Of a stretch of 64,000 nucleotides of DNA, positions 1 through 12,470 are shown piece after piece. The notes beneath the pieces are model-generated. The model did not search any database, had not been told where the DNA came from, and saw nothing but the letters and a program-made list of their open reading frames with translations. Each line of letters starts with the position of its first letter. The first letter of the stretch is position 1. Position numbers and translations under genes: made by a program. Origin of the DNA: Mizuhopecten yessoensis (taxonomy: Eukaryota); assembly GCF_002113885.1 (NCBI RefSeq), contig NW_018408899.1, positions 457,988 to 521,987 on the forward strand. The letters run 5' to 3'.

Positions 1-3000
1 TAGCTATATGTGATACATGATTCATCTAGGATATTGAATTACGTGAAGGCCGAGGTTGTTTTGAAACAACCTGTTTACAAACTCCTTCTCGCAGTTTCAC
101 TTCGCTGATCATCTAGATCACCATTTAAACGTGTCATACTATCTCGTGATTCAAATCCGGTCAATCCGGTAGACTTTCTATACGATAGAGTGATGAATGT
201 ATGTAAAGTAGCGGGATTCCCGGAGGAAGTTTTGAAAGAGTGAAAGAGGAAGAGACCATAGCGATTTTCTGGTGCAATCTCCGAGTTGAATTTTCTTATT
301 TATTATGATCATGTTTGTTAGAGTAGTCCTCGTTATGCCTGTGTAATACCATTTCGATATTTATTATTTTTGCGGAAGAACTACTTTCCAGATATTTGAT
401 AGCAATTTGTTTAACAGCTTTGCTCAGAAGATATGCCTTGATATATTATACAATGTAATGATATAATAAACATAAGGAGGAAGAGAGACAGTTTTACATG
501 TTCTCACCTTCATTGAACACATTGTTTTCACAATTTCATAGGTAAAAAAATGAGATGCAGGCACATTTGATATATTACACACATAAGGGTGAAGTAATAA
601 TGAAGAATTTGTACAATATGGATAAACCTTTCGCATTTGGTGGCATTAATGTTCAAATTTGTTTAAAGCACCATTTTCAAAATGATCTTTATTTACAATC
701 AGTAATGTGATTATCATTATCTTAATGATTTGTTAGTAAACGGTTAGTGTTAGTGAATACTAAAAACGGTCAATATAAAAAGGAGGCATATAAATATAAG
801 AAATGAGCTTTTGCATTGATGAGTGATTCTGAACGTATTTTTAAAACGTATCTTAGCGCTATTGACACAGACTTATTGGACTAGTAATTACAAATTACAT
901 ATTGTAATTACGAAAATAATACGTTTAAATGAATTTTAAGTACTAGAATGTAAACATTCAAAAGATTACAACAGGTCCGTAAGGACAAAAGTGTTAAAGA
1001 CCTCCCAGACAGCAATTGTCTCTCATTTCAAAAACTTAAATGTTGACAATGTGCCCAGATCTGTCTAGTCATCGCGGTGTGCCGCAGAGTGGGATATGAG
1101 ATATATCAGTCCAGGGAGGTGAGGTAAGTTGTGTAAAATTCTATGTAAACGCAATATAGAAAATGTTGCTTGTTGTCACCGAATTCCAACTCTGCAAGGG
1201 GTATTATTTGACAGGATTCTTTGTATTATTTTTGTATATCCTGCAAATGATTATTTCAGCTGTGGGTTTGATTATTATTAAATCAGCGAATCACCTTGTC
1301 TAAACATTAATTATAATATCAAAACAAAGTGACCTTTACAAAAAATAGTTTACCCTATACTTATGTACGTATATTGATTCATACTGCAACATAACCTTGA
1401 CATAGTCGTGTTTTCTCCAATTCTACAACAAAGTTCACCAGTGAAGGTTGTACCGACGAAAGTGCGCCAATGGTAAACATAAAAATCCTAATATCTCTAA
1501 CACGTAATTACTGAACCATTGCTAACTATCTCGAAAACTCCATTTGTCATGACCTCAACTACGTCGATATAAAGATATTATATTCTAAGTATATCATGTT
1601 CTAAGTATATTATGTTGTATGTATATAATGTAGTATATTATGTTATAGGTAAGCTGGAAATATATTATATACAAAAGAATTTTAGCACCGGTAGGGATGA
1701 TTTCACTTATCAAACAATTTACATACAATTATAGCGAGGTCTTTTCTCTTTAGAAAGAGATGTCTGATGACACACAATGTTAAGGAACCTAACTTAACTG
1801 ATCAGACCTAAGACTGGCCTACACCCCCTTTCTTAAACACTTTTCAAATTAGCAACATGTCATGGACATTAACAACCTTGTTATACGAATAGTTTTGCCT
1901 ATTAATATAATCCATCTTTCTTTAGGTATTGATTGAATTAAAAAATGAAAGTTATAACAATGAGTCAATATTTAAAGCAATCGAGTTATAAGAAAAATGA
2001 AACATTTGTTTATATATTCATTATGTCATTGCAGAAATCCAGAATATTCCATTTTTACTGCATCAAATGACAATTTTGCCCATTAAAGATTCGTGAGTGG
2101 TAGTAAAGGTCAAACGAACGAAAAGCGATATATACTTGTTCCACAACATGTAAAAATACTACTTAGGGTGAAAAGTACCTTTTATAACGTTTCAGATTTT
2201 CACATTTTGGATACAACAGATACTTCCGAGCTATAGCTAGGGAATAGTATAAAATGTTAACGAAATGCGAAAAATCGAAATTTTTGTCCCCATTTGCTCT
2301 TTGATAGATCATTCCGGGTGGTTCTTGTACCACCCCGGACAGGCCCGGGAGCTGTCAAGGACGTCTCCCGTTCTAACATTATGTTCCCTACTTGAAGATA
2401 GTGGTCTCCACGGGAGTCTTTTTCTCACCTGTATGGTTTCAGCATAGCAAACTATGCCCACCTAGGATCCGTCATACGGGCCCCTGCTTGCAAAGTAATC
2501 AGTGTTGATAACCATTCTGATAGGTGCAATATAATAATAACCCAATCATTATTGGCGTGAAATATAACGACACATTCTTTGCAGATTATTGATAGTGCGG
2601 TTTTGATTATTTTGTACATTGTTTATGTATCACTAATTATCCCTAGTAAGCAAGTGAAGGTAAATTAAAGAGGAGTTCATTAGTTGTTTTTGTCAATTAC
2701 TATCAACCAATTTTCACCGGAACAGTGCATGCATGCAAAATATATTCAGCAATATTTAATATCAATGTATGTCCACCAAGACCGAGAGTTCAGTATTTAC
2801 TGTGACTTTACAAACCAATAATCATATGATAAAATGTCCTCTTTGCAAAAACGTACAACGGGTATTAGTTCCTATACCTAGAAAATTACTAGTGCATGTA
2901 ATTACTTGTTCTTAATGATGTACGATGAATATGTTTGCAAAATACTGTAAACTCTAGTATGAGCAGATATAAATGTATATATTTGAATTGGTACATATCA

Positions 3001-4435
3001 TAAGTTGAAAAGGTGTAAAAGTCAAAAGATAACTCATCTCATTCAGAAATGAAAAAATCAATATAATTTTAATAAATCCTCAATGATTATTTAGAATATT
3101 TTATGCGTATTACTTTCGGTGCATGCATTGATTCAAAACAACGTTTTGTTACTTGCTTGTGTTTTATTTTATTAATTAAAGAAAGAAAACAAAAACACTA
3201 TCCTAGGACTTGAATTGGAATTATTTGGTCGCGTTGAAGAATACCATAACAAATTAAGGTCACCCATGTTATATGATCTATGTCAATCATATATTATCTA
3301 TAGAACTAAACCTTTGGTCATTTACATTTCATAATGTAGGTAATCACGGCCCTCGCGGAGTCTATGAGGTGTCAGAAACATGTAACGCTTTGCTTGATAA
3401 TAATCATTATGCTGATTAGTGAGATAATTTGACCCCACATAAGTCCTTGTCTTACCTTTGTAGTACCGACATTACCTGTCATTTCCTACCTGGTGTTCTG
3501 ACACAGAAATATATCTATCTACAACATCAATGTATATTTATCATAACACCTGTTGGTTATTCCTTGTCTTTACTCAATCAAACAGGTTAAAAAACTGGAA
3601 TTGACGTCCTGAATCATATTTAAAAGCACACATGGGGCCATTTCACGAAAAGTTTCATTCTTTTTGATTTTGTGATGAAATGTAAAATCAAATTCACGTT
3701 TCATCTTACGTTTTCTTGTGGAAGGTCGATAAACAAAACTCTATTTAAGAGCTTTTTGTTTGTATTAAAAAAAAATCAGCTTAATAGAAAATAGCGTTAT
3801 AGAAGCATCTGAATTTATTTTCATATATTTATATTAGAATTATAGAAAATGGCATGGTTTAACTTCTTTCTTAAGTGACATAACATATTCAAAACGAACA
3901 GAAATATTGTTTGTTAACAAAATTATATTTTCCAAGCTCGCGTATTTGCATCTATATAGCAAACCATTTTTTCATTTCCATAATAAAAAATCCGGCAGAA
4001 TTATTAATAAAGGGGGCTTTTCTGTATCAGGATTAAACAAGTATCCTCTGCAAAGGATATGTATATAGATATAAATATACATGTAAAACAAAGCTTGAAA
4101 AAAAAGAGAACGGAACTATATGCAAGACGCAAGCATTCAACCTCAATGCATTAATATTCTTATAGTTCAATGAAAATTCCAAATATTCGTTCCAAACTGC
4201 CCCCCTGCAATTCCACGTTACTTTCTAGGTCACTCTCCATTACTAATTGCTCCAAGGAGGTCCTGTTGTAATGAGTGGTATTGTCTAACATGACTATATT
4301 GTGACAGTAGGAATCGTTAACCCGTTGTTGGGTTCCCCTACTGCGATAAGTATCCCGTCTTTTGTTATATTGTCAATGCATGTCAGGATAAGACAACCAG
4401 CAGACTAATTAATTATATACGTGGGGTCTTAACAC

Positions 4436-4445
4436 TATATATAAA
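4436..4445 (+). promoter_or_regulatory. TATA box of array gene copy 1
   Basis: TATATATAAA about 80 nt upstream of ATG 4525; paralogs have TATA at the same relative position. Confidence 0.65.
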
Positions 4446-4524
4446 TGAAACAACGTTATCAAAATAACAGTATTTGCACAGACATATTTCTAGTGAGTTG
4501 ACAGAAAAAAGACACAGCCTCAAA

Positions 4525-5370
4525 ATGGTAAAGACTGACAATGTTGAAGAAGTTGGAGTTAATATATGCGGGGTAGATAGATATCTCGATGGAATAGACA
4601 TCAACAACAGCTGCCGACGGGTGTATCTGAGGAGGATGGAATCTATTGAGGAATGTAAAAGGTCATCATCGACAGATGACGCAGAAAAACAGTCAACATC
4701 TATTGGAGCAGCCCTGGCACGACTTAGAACGGAGATGGTAAGAATTAACATCACAATAAACAAAATTGCGATTGATGTTGTTTTGTAATGTTGTTGACAG
4801 TAACCGAGGAAACAAGTGACGTAATTGATAAAAACATTTTTTTTTAAATCATAAAAGTACTAATGCAAAAGTTAAATACCAGATACATATACCAATGATT
4901 CAATACCAAAATATTGTTAAAAAACCTTTTTAATATACAGAACTATCAATATAACCTTGATTAACAACAGTGTCATTCCTTTATCTTTGAAGGTTGGACT
5001 AATGGATCAGGACGCCGGACTGATGCGACAGATGCTGATCCTTAACGAGAAAGTGGAGGAACTAAAGGCAAACAACATCTGTCAGATGAGCAAGGAATCC
5101 TTGGATAGTTATGACAGTTTATATCTGATGGAAGGACAGACAGCCAATCATCTTCTGGAGAGCAAAGATAGTCTCTACCACACGGACGAACAGTCGGACG
5201 ACTTATCATCTGATGAAGAAACATTTCAATGTTCTGATTCTGCTTACTCTGATTCAGACGAAGATAAATGTAATATTATCTCCCAATCACGTGATTGCCT
5301 GACTTCTCGAAAGGAGTCTGAGTCGTTGGATTCTGTTTTCGACAGTTTGCTTGAGTTTGACACTATGTGA
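4525..5370 (+). CDS. LURAP/FAM89-like coiled-coil adaptor, copy 1; exons 4525-4737 + 4993-5370, 196 aa
   Basis: Exon 1 ends ..LARLRTEM|gtaaga and exon 2 starts tttgaag|VGLMDQDAGLMRQMLILNEKVEELK. The phase-0 splice joins two track ORFs. The junction and protein are conserved in five other copies. The motif resembles the LURAP1/FAM89/FAM167 core (ALxxLRxEMxxLxxxDxxLxxQLxxLNExIExxK). Confidence 0.85.
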
Positions 5371-5531
5371 CACAGTGATCTGACATGGAATCTAACAGAA
5401 ACCGTTTTACACTGAAAATGGTATCACTTGTTCCCTGATGTCTCCATACAGAGCCCAAACAATGACGTCTATATGAAGACTTTCGGAACAGCGCAAAAAC
5501 AGAAGATGGTCTTAATGATTATTATTAAAAG

Positions 5532-5728
5532 GTAATTTATACATTCAAACTTAAATATATGCACAGTTGAATAAAACATATTTCAAATATAATTTTGAGA
5601 ACATGTAAATTACACCTATTCCTTAGAATTACATCTATTCTTTATTAACTAAATACTATTTTATATACTCCCTGTATATTGTATTATATAGTATTTTAAT
5701 AAGTGTTACACTATTTGTATATTTTCAG
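5532..5728 (+). other. Predicted 3' UTR intron of copy 1; candidate polyA signal AATAAA at 6067-6072
   Basis: aag|gtaatt ... attttcag|aa; positionally equivalent to the clearer 3' UTR introns of copies 3-5. Confidence 0.55.
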
Positions 5729-8700
5729 AAACAGATCAACAACTCGAATTGCAAACAGGCTCGTCGTGGATTGACACACACCATGTGATAGCGCAATTGA
5801 AAGCCTCTAACAGTGACTGAAAGTATGCATTAGAGGGTTCATTCTTACTGAACCAATGCATTTGTCATCGTGTGTTAAATGACAGGAGTGAACAATAACG
5901 GACGAACTCAAAACGATGATGATAATTAAACTGTGGTCTACAATGCAATTTTGCATTAATTATGAACAGTTGCTAAGAGGGATACTCTATCGTTATCCAT
6001 TAAAAGAAATCCATTGCGTTCGTTGTTTTGAAAACAATTGTTCCATACTATTGTATCATCTGATCAAATAAAATACTACACACAACATTCTACGTCGTAT
6101 TTTGGTTTGTATCAACAAATCATATTGGACTGGAAACCATTTGAATTACATTTTTAAACTAGATGCAACGGAATAAGCATTAGTGTAGGTAGTTAGAAAA
6201 TATACATAAACTCGCTTATTGTATAAACATAATAAACTGAACAATCATTATTTTTCCACATTGTATAGTTTATTTTGAATTCGTTCTAATTATCTGCCGA
6301 TTTCCAATATGCTCAAAAAATTTCTTGACTCAACGAAGGTAATTGTGTATGCAGAGAGAAATTCAAATATATAAACGTTTTTTTTTTCAAAATACAATTT
6401 TTGGGGAGATCTTGAATCTTGTTTGTAGCGTATGATCTTAAGAACTGATATAATTAACGTTCAGAAATTCCGGCCGTTTTAGCATCCTACAACATATAAG
6501 CTGCGTTTGAAAAGTATACTTAAATTTAAAATTAATACAAAGATTTTTTTTTTAACCGGATGAAATATTTGCTGACTGATGTGATACACCTTCGAACCCA
6601 TCTCTATATATAAAGTTTTAAGTTTAATTTGATTGAATTTTCGAATTTTGATCTAAACAAAAAATATTATTTGCTGACCAATATTTGACGGTATAAGGAA
6701 CTCCACATTTAATCAGTGGTACATGTACAAGAGAGGGTAACATAAAGAGTCCCTGTAATAACAATTACATTTTTTTGGTGGAAATATATCGACCGCAAAA
6801 AAGCGAAATATAGAAGCACGAGAAAGAGAAGCTTAAAAATATTCGTTTATTTAAATCAATTATTATGATTGCATTTTTTCTGACTATTGCATTGCTATAA
6901 TGGAAATTTAATAATCCGTTATATATGTAAAACAGTTGACTAACACCGACTTTTTGTTTCCGAGTTTCTATGATATTGAAACTGGATTGACATTGTCAAG
7001 GAAAGAAACAATATATATGTACAGGTTGGAAGTTGCAGGAACCTAAACTGGTCAACATGTAGCTAGAATATATATTGTACGCAACAATATCAATTGTTGC
7101 ATAATTCGTCGTTAAGATATATCTAAAAATCTCTCCTATATATCTAATGCCGTCACTTTTGGCATTAACTCTTTTTATTCAATTTATTGTCTTTTGATTT
7201 CGAATGATACAGATGAATGAATGAATTAATCAATCAATCTGTCGCCACTGCACTGATTATAAAAACGGTGGTTGCATTTGAAATGACAAACAACGATCCG
7301 AAGTCGCAGTTCTACAGCAAAATAAAACTACAATGATATTCAACTATAGATACAATAGATGTTCAATGATGCACTAATTTTGTCATCAAATCAGTTTCAT
7401 TTCAATAATATTTGCATTAAAGGAGTAAAAGCGAATAGTCATTAAGATATTGATGTTAACACGAAAATTGAAGGATAATAAAGCGTTATTTTGATAAAAC
7501 TGTAAAACCAATGCATGCACAAACGATGCGTCATAATAGAAGTTTAAATATTCAGTGGCATACAAAATTAGTGGTGTTACCGGTAGTATGTAAGATCGCA
7601 TTGTTTTCCGGATTGATTCGATTATTTTTCAATCGTTACTGATGTGTTTAGCTGCAATGTTATATTGACTAAGGAAACTCATCATTGCTGCTATAGATAA
7701 TTATTGCCATTGTCAGTTAGAATGAGCGATATTACATAAATTGTTTGTCGCGTCATGACTAATTGGAATGAATAAAACTATTATAAAACGTATATGTTTA
7801 ATACTTATTACTGCTTTATCCTTCTTTCAACATTGCCGTTGATTTGATTTCATTACATGATATGCAAGATTCAAGTGGTAAACGTCAAAATTCTTGAGTA
7901 ATTTATTTTGGATTTTTTTTTGTTCAACCGAATGGTATTATTTTTAAGATTCATTTTATCTTGCATTATTTTCTTCTTTTTGTAAAATGCAATGACGAAA
8001 ATAACCATTTCGAACCATATCCAATATACGTATAAATTGTCTTCTATAACCCCAACCTCCGCTCCGTTGGTGAACCCCTTCGATGTACATGCGGGGTCCC
8101 AAAGTATGTCTTTTTCATGAACGGTTTTTTGACCATAGTTGTTAAATATTCTCCATTGCTGGCGTTGCTTTAACTCAGGGGTAATCGGCATGGCATTATA
8201 AATAGCTCACGTGGTGTCGATTAAAGGTAATCATGTAAAAGACATTCTACCAGTAAAAATATATGTCGTTCTTAATGAACCAGACCTCCACACTACTGTT
8301 TTTAACACCAAGCCATTTGACGAGCTGTCAATATTGTTTACGGTCATTAGCATTCTATGTCGACCTCATCGATGGTTTTGTCTCCTACTTGGGTCGGCAT
8401 CGACATTGATAATATCCAACAGATATTAATTCCAGCAGGGACAGGACTAACAATTTTACATAATTATGATGTCGACAAGCCGGATACCTCCTGGATGATG
8501 ATCAATCCAATAAGCAGTGAGCTCCGAATGTGCAAAGGTTATCATTTTTTTATTGAGCATAAATTAGAGCATATATCATTAGACTTCATGTAATTATAAT
8601 AATATATAACCATTAAATAGATCTTGCAACAGTGCCACAAAACATGTGGTTCTTTCTCCTTAACTTATTATCAATGTATATATATATTTTTAAATACGTG

Positions 8701-9296
8701 TTACAAATCATAACTATTCCATTCCTTCGAAATAGAAGATACTACGGTTCAATCTATAGCTTAGCTTTATATTCTAACAACGGATGTAAAATGAAAGTTG
8801 GCCCAATTAATGATGGCAATAGTTTGCTCTTGATATATATCTCTAGTGTTATGTCGATTCTTTCTAGTATTTAAATCGTTCTGAACCGTCCTTTTATGCC
8901 GCTTTTAAAAAAAGAGTGAGGAATATAACTGCCAGAATAACAGAGAATAGTTTGCCGCGAATCCATTGTAATATATTGTCAGAAAACTGTCGTTTAGTTA
9001 GACAACGTTCGCTTGACATGCCATTTGATTGGTTAAATTATAGCATACGATTGTTAACACACGTATTATCTACACGCTTAAAACCACAAGGAAAATACTA
9101 AAAAACATTTTTCAATATACTTGTGTCACACAAAGAGGTTCAATTTTCTGGTGCAGCTTTTAATTCATCAGGATGGGAATTTAAAAAGCATTAAAATGAA
9201 TGTATCTCATTTTGCTATTTTTAATTCCTACAAAAAGAATAAAAGCATGAAAAATATGGAGCTAGTTCGAATAAAAGAAAATGTACCAATCTTTAA

Positions 9297-11474
9297 AGGG
9301 GCATCACGCTGAAGTAACTTTTTTTTTTGTCTTTTTTCCAAATACTACATAAACATATCAAGTGAGGCTCCTTATGGAAAATGCCGATCGGATTTGGCTG
9401 AAATAGATTCATAAAAATGATTAAATCTAAGATAATCATCGGTATTTCTACCTGTCTGACCAACGTTTTGTTCAGGGATTTCCCTCTACTAGCGCATGCG
9501 CATAGCACACCATTTCTTTGTAAACAAAATGACTGGCCGTGTGAAGTAAGCCAAAGAAAAGTGTTGTACCGTGTCAGCTACGAAGCGAATAGTTGCCAAA
9601 TGGTCAAAAGATAGCGCAAGGGGTACGTTACGGAATCATTATTGCCAGTGGGAAGTATTCAAAGCAGAAAATAACTGCCCTAGCAGTCAGTACGGTGCAT
9701 GTTTTCTTCCGGATAGCGGCCGGTTAAGCTGAAATAAAATCGACAGAAATGCTAGCGCTGTTTATGTTATGAATAAATATCTAAAACTATTAACCTCGCT
9801 AGTATCATTGTGTGAGTTTGAACACAGATGAACTTAGTTTAATATGTTAATGGGCATGTATCGGAGAGAGTTTACTTTGTGTTTTTTATAATTATACAGT
9901 GGTTTATGCAAACGAAAGGGATAAGTGACTGGTTAGTTTGATTTTGCCATGAGGCCCCCCAAGGGATAACTGCTGTGATGGCCACGGCGTATTCTGTTCT
10001 CTGATCCTCTGTCGGTGCTCGGGGTCAAATGAGATACGTGCGCTATTAGATTTACATAATTTATAATATTACCGGGATCAGTAAAATGGTATGATTTAAT
10101 TATATTGCTGAATTAAACGATTGTTTTTTGTTTTGACATGCAAGTTTTAAATTAGTACTAATATAATACCCGGCCTGCCCTGGCGCGACGACGCAATATA
10201 TAAAAAAAAAATCGCTCTTCGTCAGAAAGCTACGTTATCGCAGCTAGATTAAAAATGTCAAAATGACGGACCAGGATGAATAACTGAGGAAGGAGAACCT
10301 ACTTCTAGTAAATAGGATCGCATAACACTTTTTTTTTAAATCGTAATTTTTCAACAGTTCATGTTTTCATATGATGTTGACTTAGAATGTATGATCATGT
10401 AACAACCTTTTCTCTATAAAGAATAAATTTTCGACTTCAGATAGAATCGGAATACGTATTGAAAACAGGGGAAAAAATATTTGATTACGTTATAAAAATG
10501 GCGCGTGCTGCCGATAACTACGGCTTCTGTTTCGGACCAAAGGAACTGATTAAAGAAAAGTTGTCTCAGCATAAAAAGGTCCATTTAAAAGTATGCTTTA
10601 ATCTCTGTAAAGTATTGAAAAAATATAATTATCAAGTATCTCAACACGTTCCTTATTGACACATATTCTACATGTACACGTAGTGGTTTTGCCATACAGT
10701 TTATTGTGTGTGATGGTTAATATGACTTCCTAAATGTTAGCGTTTGGAGACAGTGAAAGTGGGAAAGAGAGTATACATAGATTTATATTCATGGTCTAGA
10801 AAAAAAATGGCCAAAGACATTGAGTTGTTTAATGTAATAAATAAATTCACAAACGTTTCCTTTTTATATTCGCGTGTAGTTTGTCATTGCATATATGCAC
10901 TTTATGTAAACATTTGAAAAGGGATATTCGTCTCGTGAATATTCCTTTTTACAGAAAGGTTTGTCCCATTGTTGAGGGAGTGTTTAGCCCCGTACCACCT
11001 GTACCGGTCACGGGAGAAGGCTGTGATAAATTGTAAAAACTTGTGCCCCATCCTTTGTTTAATTTTATTGGCAACAGATTTATGTTAAAAGCTAAATAAA
11101 TTTAAATTCTTAATATTGGCAAGTGTGCAATTAACTTCTGATGATGAATAATTACTGTTCAATAAGTTTGAATACGGAATTAGAAATCATATAACTTGGT
11201 TTCATAGTGCGGTAAGAAGTTGCAGTTGCCTGACGGCCCCTCTCCGAGGGCCCCTTTGTAAACCGTTTCATCTCGCTCGCACCACTTGTGTTTGCTGCCT
11301 AATCAGGTGACGTTATCGGCGCTATTTTTAGCCGGGCTTTCCCGAACAATTCAAGTGGTCAAACTGGACATTTGGAACGGACTATGAATATGGGGATAGC
11401 GAGGTAACATAAGTGGAAGTGCATACAATACATATATTCATTAAAAAAAAAACGCCTTTTCACGTGATGTCCCT
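9297..11474. mobile_element. Non-autonomous TIR DNA transposon with TTAA target duplication (Kolobok-like termini)
   Basis: TTAA|AGGGGCATCACG ... CGTGATGTCCCT|TTAA (11/12 inverted match, with T and A tracts inside each end); no transposase ORF. Confidence 0.6.
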
Positions 11475-11793
11475 TTAAATCGTATGCATCCATTTTACAC
11501 TCGAATATTTTATAATTGCCCCTCTATATATTTAATAATTCCCGGGAGGTTACTTTAATGAGCATCATTGATTCTATTGTGTGTGTTCCATGATTGCGTA
11601 AGAACAATATGAATCACCCCTTCCAAAGCCGGGGTTCCCCTACTGTGCTAAATACAGATGCATAGAATAATTCAGGCCAGGACAGATGAACACACAGAGA
11701 CCCGAAAAGTATCTATATATATATATATATAGGAAACAATCCTATTAACACAGAAACATCGTTAGGAACTAGATAAAGAAAGAACTATTCACC

Positions 11794-12470
11794 ATGGTTA
11801 AAGTCAAAGAGGATAAGATAAACCAGTGTGCTACACACAGATATTTGGATGCTAGTGATAAATAACAGCTGCCGACAAGCGTATCTTAGGAGAATAGAAT
11901 CTATCGAAGATTGTAAAAAGATCAAGATTGTCAGTTGTTGCTGATGTGCATACAACATTTGTCGGTGCAGCTCTGTTGCGTCTAAGAGAAGAAATGATAT
12001 GTTTATCATGTATTTACAATGATTAATTAAAGGAATCACATAAAACATTTTTGTCTTTTTGTATAACAAAAGATGAATTTTCCATTCAAATTACTATCCT
12101 CACGTCACTTCCTCATACAACATTTGTTTGTTAACTTGTAGGTGGAACTGATGGATCAAGACACCGGACTGATGCGACAAATGTTGATCCTGAATGAGAA
12201 GTGGAGGAGCTGAAGGCTAACAATCTCTATCAGATGAGCAAGGAATCCCTCGACAGCCAGGAAAGTCTGTATCAAGCGGACAGACAGACAGACAAAGACT
12301 GTCTGGAAAGCAGATATAGAATCTACACGGACGAACAGTCGGACGGAATATCGTCTGATGAAGAAACAATAACAAATTATAAATATGATTCTGCCTACTA
12401 TGACTCAGACGAAATTACGAGTAATGTCATCTACGGATCAAGTAAATACCTTTGTTTACGGGAAAAGTAA
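11794..12470 (+). pseudogene. LURAP/FAM89-like copy 2, pseudogene; exon relics 11794-11996 + 12142-12470
   Basis: Homologous peptides NNSCRQAYLRRIESIEDCKK, GAALLRLREEM, VELMDQDTGLMRQMLILNE and EELKANNLYQMSKESLDSQESLY lie in different frames (shifts near 11860, 11930-11950 and 12200). The intron donor is mutated to ATATGT. Confidence 0.85.

Noticed and set aside
2200-2570. GC-richer patch with a small hairpin (CCGGGTGGT..ACCACCCCGG), possible SINE or ncRNA
   Set aside because: No clear A/B boxes, cloverleaf or second copy in the window; cannot be supported
4413-4763. Antisense ORFs over the array exons (also 11785-12069, 20532-20714, 25094-25321)
   Set aside because: Shadows of the sense coding frame with inconsistent ends
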